Source of the DNA: Deinococcales bacterium
GTDB taxonomy: Bacteria; Deinococcota; Deinococci; Deinococcales; JAAFIG01
Length of the DNA stretch: 13,484 bases
Direction: 5' to 3'
NCBI GenBank assembly: GCA_031414595.1
Contig: JANNVX010000069.1
Coordinates: forward strand, 1 to 13,484
Shown here: positions 8,234-13,484 of the stretch, in pieces
Position numbering within the stretch: position 1 is the stretch's first letter
Layout: every line of letters begins with the position of its first letter
The notes under the pieces: model-generated
What the model saw: the letters and a program-made list of their open reading frames with translations, nothing else
What the model was told of the DNA's origin: nothing
Databases searched by the model: none
Made by a program: the position numbers and the translations under genes

Positions 8234-10047
8234 ACAGGCTCCTTTATAATTTTGCCGTATTCATTGCGTTTTTCGTCTTTTGCAACAATGTTTCGCAGTT
8301 TTGCTGCATCGGCAAATAGTCGGGCTACCAGAAGCTCATTGACAATCTCAAGCCATTCTGCATGTTTTTTATCTTGGGGCTTTTTGCCTACCCGTACTTG
8401 TAGTTTTTTTATGAAAATATCTATGGCAAACTTTTGTGCATTTTTGCGGTTTAAGATTCGTTCAGCTTCCACGATTTGTGCTTCTGGTATTCCCTCGAGT
8501 TCTCGAATCATGTCGCGCAGTTCAAAAGCCACACCATCGGGTAATGCGTCTGCTACCCAAGTGGCTCTGACTTCCTGAAGGCTTGTGGTAAGTTCTTGAT
8601 ATTTTCCTTTGACTCCAATATCTGCCCCACTGCGCTTGGCAACTGTGATACACAAAGCGTTTTTACCCTCTATTTCTTTGGCTTTTTTCTCGGCGGCTCG
8701 AGCGGCTTCTAAGGCTTCTTGCAATGGCTCGAGGTGATGCCAGACAACCATGCCTGCCGAGAAGCTGGGTTTTACTGTTTGATTTTTACCTTTCGTGTCC
8801 TTATATGTTTGCTCATATTGACCTACTGCCTGATCAAAGGCTTGGTTTAGTCCCCAAGAGCATTCGAGCGCTGTATGCAGTGGTAAAAGTGCTAAAACAT
8901 CATCGCCACCAGCATAAATCAAGCAGCCTTGTGCGTCTTCTACAATTTCGCGGGCTTTTGTTGCAAAACCTGCAAGGTCACTCGAGAAGTCCTGATGTTT
9001 TTTTATGCCTTGTGTGGTCAGTAAATCTATGGTTTTACCCATATTGTCCCCATCACCTAGAAATAAGGCATAGTACGGAAGTGGTTCTTTGCCTTTTGAA
9101 ATATCTTTGAATAGGCTTTTTAATTTTTCTTGTGCAATTTTGATGCGTTCGTTCAATGTTTTTTTCTCAGGCTCGTCGTAATCCAGAAATTCTTGTAAAC
9201 GACTCTGAAATAATGCCGCCCCTGTTAAGTCAAATAGCGAATCATCGTTGCCGCCAGCAATTTTATTAACCGCCTCAAAGTATTCTGTAATTTGTGCCAT
9301 GTTTTCTTGGGTAACAATGGTGCTGGCAGCAACACTCGAGGTACTGGCAAATTTTTCATGGCTTGTAGGGTCTATTCCACGCATTCCAAGGCGTTTTACC
9401 AAACCAACACCGCACAATCGTTCGCCCTTTTTAAGTCCTAGCCTACGGAGGTTATGGTCTTTATCGTCGTCTGGTGTAACAATTTCTCGAGCGCCATCTA
9501 GACTTGATTTTGGAATACTATCCATTGCCCAAGTGGGAGCTTGGAAAGTACGAGTTGCTTTTCGGGCATCTAATGTGTGACTGACACGCCTTCGCACTTC
9601 AGTGTAGCTTTCTTTTTCTTGCCATTGGGTGATTGCCCAGTACGACTCGAGTAAATCATCAATTTGTTTTTCAACAATTTTTAGTTGGTAAGGACTTAAA
9701 ACTGCTTTGTTTTTGTTTTTGGTCAAGGCATCATCACGAATCTCGTTTAGTCGGGATTTACCAGCTTGTATTGCCGCTTCAGCAATGGCTTTAGCCTCTG
9801 TTTCATCTGTAGCCAAAATTTTGCATAAGATAATATTGGCTACGTTCAAGCCTCGTGGTTGCTTAGGCTCAAGGTCTTTTTCTTGGGGATTCGGAAAAAT
9901 CAATTCTTGGTTTTGTAAGTATTTCGCAACAGCTTTACTGCATTCACTCAGTAAGTAGCTCCCAAACCAGAGGTCTCGTGTTTTTCGTGCAGTAGCAATA
10001 AAGTCTTGCACGGGTCCTAGGGCTATCAGTAGTAGATAATCAGGCAT
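8230..10047 (-). CDS. cas10: Cas10/Cmr2 large subunit (HD-less, Palm cyclase intact)
   Basis: N-terminal GPVQDFIATARKTRDLWFGSYLLS; YYALFLGDGDNMG; IYAGGDDVLAL; SAGMVVWH. AAGGAG RBS. Confidence 0.97.
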   Translation of the reverse strand: MPDYLLLIALGPVQDFIATARKTRDLWFGSYLLSECSKAVAKYLQNQELIFPNPQEKDLEPKQPRGLNVANIILCKILATDETEAKAIAEAAIQAGKSRLNEIRDDALTKNKNKAVLSPYQLKIVEKQIDDLLESYWAITQWQEKESYTEVRRRVSHTLDARKATRTFQAPTWAMDSIPKSSLDGAREIVTPDDDKDHNLRRLGLKKGERLCGVGLVKRLGMRGIDPTSHEKFASTSSVAASTIVTQENMAQITEYFEAVNKIAGGNDDSLFDLTGAALFQSRLQEFLDYDEPEKKTLNERIKIAQEKLKSLFKDISKGKEPLPYYALFLGDGDNMGKTIDLLTTQGIKKHQDFSSDLAGFATKAREIVEDAQGCLIYAGGDDVLALLPLHTALECSWGLNQAFDQAVGQYEQTYKDTKGKNQTVKPSFSAGMVVWHHLEPLQEALEAARAAEKKAKEIEGKNALCITVAKRSGADIGVKGKYQELTTSLQEVRATWVADALPDGVAFELRDMIRELEGIPEAQIVEAERILNRKNAQKFAIDIFIKKLQVRVGKKPQDKKHAEWLEIVNELLVARLFADAAKLRNIVAKDEKRNEYGKIIKEPV

Positions 10048-10076
10048 GACACTCCTTGTTGAATTGTTTGTTGCTC

Positions 10077-10112
10077 AGTGTACAGATTTATTTAGAGCAT
10101 TGCTAGAGCATT
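10077..10112 (-). promoter_or_regulatory. Putative cmr operon promoter (-35 TAGCAA, 17 bp, -10 TACACT) overlapped by 9-bp direct repeats with an 11-bp period
   Basis: Plus-strand TAGAGCATT at 10093-10101 and 10104-10112. -10 at 10077-10082 and -35 at 10100-10105 on the minus strand. Confidence 0.5.
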
Positions 10113-10155
10113 ATGTTAAACTATAAATTACATAAATTATCTGAGCCTAGTACAC

Positions 10156-11853
10156 TCAATTAAGGTATTGCTCTCGAGTTTTTACTGGCTCGAGTGCCGC
10201 TAATTCTTGTGCCACTTCCAAAACCCAATTGCTGCGGATGCCTTCTAGGTAAGCACTGGCTTTGCGCTTGTTGCGAATGTCGGTCGCGTCGTAAATCCAA
10301 TTGGTTTGCGGGTCTAGTTGGATCGTGTTGCCTCGTACCAAAATACTTTCTTGCCAACCAAGGGCGTTTCGTAAGCGTTTTACCAAGTCCCAAACTGCGC
10401 CGTATTTCTTTTTGGCGATGTCTTCTTTTGGGTAAAGGTATTCGATGATCGTTTCGACGTGGGCGCGTCCTTGAAGCTCGAGCAGTAAAGCCAAGAATTC
10501 GCCAATCCGTCCGGTTGGGCTGATGCGAATTGGTATTTGATTAACGCTGACTTGTAGTACGCCGCAAGCCTTGACTTGGATGGTGTTTGGGGTGTGGGCT
10601 TCTTGACCCCAAAAATGCACCTGTCGGGCTTGGGTCGCTTGGGGTGGCTCGAGTCCTGCCAGTTGGTTGAGGTCTTTCCAAAATGAAATTTCTTCTTTTA
10701 GATTGGCGCTGTTAAAACTGATTGGCTCGAGTAAGGCTAGGGCTTGTGTGCCTTTTTTTTCTTGGCGTAGGATTTCGGCGCTCAGGATTGTGGCAATGCT
10801 TTGATAGTTTGGGTTGAGTTCAAGTTTGGTGTTTTCCAAGATGTGCTTGGCAAGGTCGAGGCGTTTTAAGCTAATCCAGCAGGCGGCACATTCAATTTCG
10901 ATGGCGGCAGTATTTTTTGGGTTGATTTGCTTGGCAGCTTCGAGCATTTCTAGGGCTTGGTTGGCTTGGTTATTCAGGCGTAAAGTGCGTCCTAGACTCC
11001 AATGTGCGGCGCATTGATCGTCGGTTTCTTGGGCGTAAGCAATGGCTTTTTGATAAGCAGCAATGGCTCGGGTATAGTCTTGGTTGTACCTGCGCCATTT
11101 GGCGATGCCTTGTAAGGCTCGAGACCGAAAGTGTTGTGCCTCTTGGTGACGGCATAGGCTCTCGGCTGCCAAGTAGTGGCGTTCGGCATCTGGGTTCATG
11201 GTTTGTAGGGCGAGTTCGCCAAGGTTGTACCTTGCCCATGCTAGGTGATAGTGGTCGCTGCGTAATTTGGGTAGGGCATTGGTTAAAAGGTCTCGAGCCA
11301 AATCGGTTTGGTTACTTTGTGTGCAGCACCAAGCGTGGTCAATCAGGGCTAAGCCAAGTAAGCGTCCGTTGAGGTGTTCTTGGGCTTGGTTAAAATCGGT
11401 TTGCCAGTCTGATTGTAAGTAAAATTGGGCAAGTCCACGGCGTTTATGGGCTGTGCCTAGGCTGGTTTTACTCAAGAATGGCATGATTTGGTCGAGTAAG
11501 TCATAAGCCGCTTGGGGTTGATTTTGTTGCAGCAATGCCCAAGCTCGCTCGAGCAGGATGGGTGCGTGGTCTGCTTGTATTGGGTAGGCATTGGTAAAGC
11601 TGATCAGGGTTTGGTCGTCTCGAGTTCCCATCAGGGCTTGGCTGTACAGGCTTGCCCATTGGGTGTTTTGTTCAAATTTTGTGGCTAAGAAGACTCGGAT
11701 TTGTTGCCATTGGCTTTGGCTTTGAACGTTACCAATCGCATTTTGGATGATTTCAAGGGCGACAGATTGGCGGTTATTGTTTAGCAGACTTTGAGCGCTT
11801 GTTAAGCTGTCCAGAAGCAGCACTCGAGGTCTTTTCATGAATGAGTTTAGCAT
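10156..11853 (-). CDS. TPR-repeat transcriptional regulator with a C-terminal SARP/OmpR-type winged helix and a BTAD remnant
   Basis: Multiple TPR-like helices (AWARYNLGELAL, YTRAIAAYQKAI, AHWSLGRTLRL). C-terminal VKACGVLQVSVN..EFLALLL..IIEYLYP..VWDLVKRLRNALG..YLEGIRSNWV. Start could be 11853 or 11838. Confidence 0.78.
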   Translation of the reverse strand: MLNSFMKRPRVLLLDSLTSAQSLLNNNRQSVALEIIQNAIGNVQSQSQWQQIRVFLATKFEQNTQWASLYSQALMGTRDDQTLISFTNAYPIQADHAPILLERAWALLQQNQPQAAYDLLDQIMPFLSKTSLGTAHKRRGLAQFYLQSDWQTDFNQAQEHLNGRLLGLALIDHAWCCTQSNQTDLARDLLTNALPKLRSDHYHLAWARYNLGELALQTMNPDAERHYLAAESLCRHQEAQHFRSRALQGIAKWRRYNQDYTRAIAAYQKAIAYAQETDDQCAAHWSLGRTLRLNNQANQALEMLEAAKQINPKNTAAIEIECAACWISLKRLDLAKHILENTKLELNPNYQSIATILSAEILRQEKKGTQALALLEPISFNSANLKEEISFWKDLNQLAGLEPPQATQARQVHFWGQEAHTPNTIQVKACGVLQVSVNQIPIRISPTGRIGEFLALLLELQGRAHVETIIEYLYPKEDIAKKKYGAVWDLVKRLRNALGWQESILVRGNTIQLDPQTNWIYDATDIRNKRKASAYLEGIRSNWVLEVAQELAALEPVKTREQYLN

Positions 11854-11877
11854 GAGGGGCGGTGTGTCCGCCCCCTC
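11854..11877 (-). promoter_or_regulatory. GC-rich hairpin between the peptide gene and the TPR regulator (attenuator or RBS-occluding stem)
   Basis: GGGGCGG-TGTGT-CCGCCCC (11856-11874), extendable with a bulge to 11854-11877. It abuts ATG 11853 and has no U-tract. Confidence 0.6.
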
Positions 11878-11885
11878 GGGTGGGT

Positions 11886-12017
11886 TTACCCGCCAGTATT
11901 GACTTTTCCTCCATCTTCAGCGTGGGCAACACTGCTTGGTAGGGCTGCAAAACCAAGCGTAAACAAGGCGAGAATAATGGCGATGGCACGGCGGGCGGTT
12001 TTTGCGATAATATCCAT
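11886..12017 (-). CDS. 43-aa secreted propeptide (Sec signal peptide + predicted 10-aa mature peptide EDGGKVNTGG); absent from the ORF track
   Basis: Translated by hand: MDIIAKTARRAIAIILALFTLGFAALPSSVAHAEDGGKVNTGG*. Perfect AGGAGG RBS (12023-12028) 5 nt before the ATG. Basic n-region, hydrophobic h-region and an A-H-A cleavage motif. Confidence 0.85.
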   Translation of the reverse strand: MDIIAKTARRAIAIILALFTLGFAALPSSVAHAEDGGKVNTGG

Positions 12018-12047
12018 GATGTCCTCCTAGACAGGCGGATAAGAACG

Positions 12048-12080
12048 GGCGCGGTGGAATCTTGGCGGATGAACCGCGCC
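12048..12080 (-). promoter_or_regulatory. Stem-loop in the 5' leader of the peptide gene
   Basis: GGCGCGGT (12048-12055) pairs with ACCGCGCC (12073-12080). GGCGGAT is repeated at 12034-12040 and 12064-12070. Confidence 0.5.
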
Positions 12081-12124
12081 TAGCGAATTGTAAAACTTAC
12101 GTCTGACCTCCTTTGCAAAAACTT

Positions 12125-12172
12125 TTGCCAATTGGCAATATTTACATTAGCAAATTAAATCTAATTTGTCTA
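12125..12172 (-). promoter_or_regulatory. Putative promoter of the peptide-TPR unit with two palindromic operator candidates
   Basis: -35 TAGACA (12167-12172), 17 bp, -10 TAATGT (12144-12149). CAAATTA-N4-TAATTTG at 12151-12168. Perfect TTGCCAATTGGCAA at 12125-12138. Confidence 0.55.
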
Positions 12173-12291
12173 TGACGATATTTTTATAAAATTAGTTTTT
12201 GCAAGAAAATTTTCAAAACACTAAGTATGGCGGCATCTATCGCTTTATAGACATAAAAATAAACCCTGTGTCGAAAATTCAATCTGCAAAC

Positions 12292-12708
12292 TCAATCGGG
12301 AATTGAAAGCATATGGATTCGAGGTGGAATCACATTGTCAATCCATGAAACAATCACATCTTCTAAAACTTTGCTGGCTTCCCAAGCACCAATACTCATC
12401 GGCACAGTACCACTGGTTAAATCCAGATATACGGCAAAATCATGAAGTTTTAGCTCGAGAAACAAAGGCAAAATATCTTGGTAAATCTGCTGAGTGTGGT
12501 CGTGAACAGTCACCGTTTGACCACGCTGAAACAAACGAGGCGCAACCCGACCAGTATGCTCGAGTTCCTGCTGAACCCGAGCGATATTTTCGCTAGATTG
12601 AGGAGTGCAAATAAACCAAACAAACTCGGGGTCTTTATCTAAAATAGCTGTAACGGCGGCTTTATAAGAACCCCCTAAAGTAACAATCAGCAGCAAATTC
12701 TTTTGCAT
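12292..12708 (-). CDS. Stand-alone CARF domain protein (138 aa)
   Basis: LLIVTLGGS, PEFVWFICTPQS, VYLDLTSGTVPMSIGA, VSWID. Start overlaps the upstream stop (TAATG). Confidence 0.8.
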   Translation of the reverse strand: MQKNLLLIVTLGGSYKAAVTAILDKDPEFVWFICTPQSSENIARVQQELEHTGRVAPRLFQRGQTVTVHDHTQQIYQDILPLFLELKLHDFAVYLDLTSGTVPMSIGAWEASKVLEDVIVSWIDNVIPPRIHMLSIPD

Positions 12709-13163
12709 TATTCACCCCTTAAATGAACTGTCCGAATTGAAGCTCGAGCTTGACTAAGTACCGAAAACATAGATATGAGAATTTCACAATCAGATGCGTC
12801 AAGTTCTTCGACTTGAGAAATAAAATTTCTGAACAACACAAAATTAGAACTCGGTTGATATGTAGTTGAATCAGCATCTTCAGGATAAATCACCACATCT
12901 GAGCCGTGAATATACACCAAAATCCGAACTGCCATATCATAACTTGGCATCAATTTCTTGTTCTCTAACCTAGAAATGAGCGATGGACTAACACGCCATT
13001 TTGCTTGATTAAAGTATTTGGAAGCTGCTTCAAGCGTATGGTTTTTAGCTTTTCGAGTCACAAAAAGCAAACGTCCAAGGTCGGCAAATGTGACAATTCT
13101 ATCCAGTCCATCTCTTGTAAAGCGAATCATCTGATTTGGTAACGCATTTTTTGGTCGTGCCAT
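12708..13163 (-). CDS. XRE/Cro-C1-type helix-turn-helix transcriptional regulator
   Basis: LGRLLFVTRKAKNHTLEAAS...VSPSLISRLENKKLMPSYDMAVRIL. Confidence 0.78.
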   Translation of the reverse strand: MARPKNALPNQMIRFTRDGLDRIVTFADLGRLLFVTRKAKNHTLEAASKYFNQAKWRVSPSLISRLENKKLMPSYDMAVRILVYIHGSDVVIYPEDADSTTYQPSSNFVLFRNFISQVEELDASDCEILISMFSVLSQARASIRTVHLRGE

Positions 13164-13347
13164 CTGGAGATTCTATGCACACCAAGGATGAAGCACAAGT
13201 ATCTAACTTTGTGCATTAACGCTTAGCGCTACAAAATAAAGTGCTAGACAACAAAATCATCCCGATTTCTGATTTTAAGTTATAAGAATCTAAGAATTTC
13301 TGCAAAAACTTATTTCTGGTCAAATTGAAGTTGTTACCAAGTCCTAA

Positions 13348-13484
13348 GGATTTGTCCGTAAATAACTTCCCTATTTGGAAATGATGAAACATTGTTTCCT
13401 AGCAGGACAGACACAGGGGTCTGTCCCTACAAAATCCATAAAAATACGTCAGGTAGGGGCGGACCCCCGTGTCCGCCCTGTGAC
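13348..13484. mobile_element. Left part of MITE-like element (TIR 13348-13370, preceded by TAA 13345-13347), containing the REP doublet 13405-13478
   Basis: The TIR matches the reverse complement of 111-133. Joining the ends through the 79-bp overlap gives a 191-bp non-coding element. Confidence 0.7.
13406..13484. repeat. 79-bp terminal direct repeat (identical to 1..79)
   Basis: Exact match to the window start. Confidence 0.97.

Noticed and set aside
10073-10156. Inverted repeats AGTGTAC/GTACACT and GCTCAG/CTGAGC flanking the cas10 upstream region
   Set aside because: They are short, not collinear as a single stem, and compatible with chance.
11774-11989. 71-aa minus-strand ORF from the track
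   Set aside because: No RBS, and it overlaps both the better supported 43-aa peptide ORF and the TPR gene in another frame.
144-12596. Numerous plus-strand and nested short ORFs in the track
   Set aside because: They are antisense or alternate-frame shadows of well supported genes, with no recognisable motifs.
13216-13347. Continuation of the RT across the circular junction
   Set aside because: The in-frame translation (GLGNNFNLTRNKFLQKFLDSYN...) lacks YADD and stops after about 42 codons.
1-13484. Autonomous 13.4-kb circular plasmid or phage
   Set aside because: No replication, integrase or structural genes. The overlap lies in a repetitive element, and 79 is a common assembler k-mer size.

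Overview
Almost entirely minus-strand type III-B (Cmr) CRISPR-Cas locus, probably from Deinococcota (one CARF domain resembles Thermus Csm6, and CTCGAG is strongly over-represented). Transcription order, right to left: XRE-HTH + stand-alone CARF pair; an unannotated 43-aa secreted propeptide (MDIIAKTARRAIAIILALFTLGFAALPSSVAHA|EDGGKVNTGG); a TPR + SARP/OmpR-type winged-helix regulator; cas10/cmr2 (no HD domain, GGDD intact), cmr3, cmr1, cmr4, cmr5, cmr6; csx1 (CARF-HEPN); a TM + half-SAVED/CARF membrane effector; a Csm6-like CARF-only protein; and a group II intron-like reverse transcriptase cut off just before its YADD motif. The most notable signal is the propeptide + TPR-wHTH receptor cassette directly upstream of the cmr operon, with 11-bp-period direct repeats over the predicted cmr -35 element. 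This is a candidate peptide quorum-sensing (RRNPP/arbitrium-like logic) switch for CRISPR immunity, inferred and not shown. Both window ends lie in the same ~191-bp MITE-like element (23-bp imperfect TIRs, TAA flanks, internal GTAG-REP doublet). The identical 79-bp termini probably reflect an assembly break. No CRISPR array, cas1, cas2 or cas6 is visible. All family assignments come from motif recognition by eye, not database searches.
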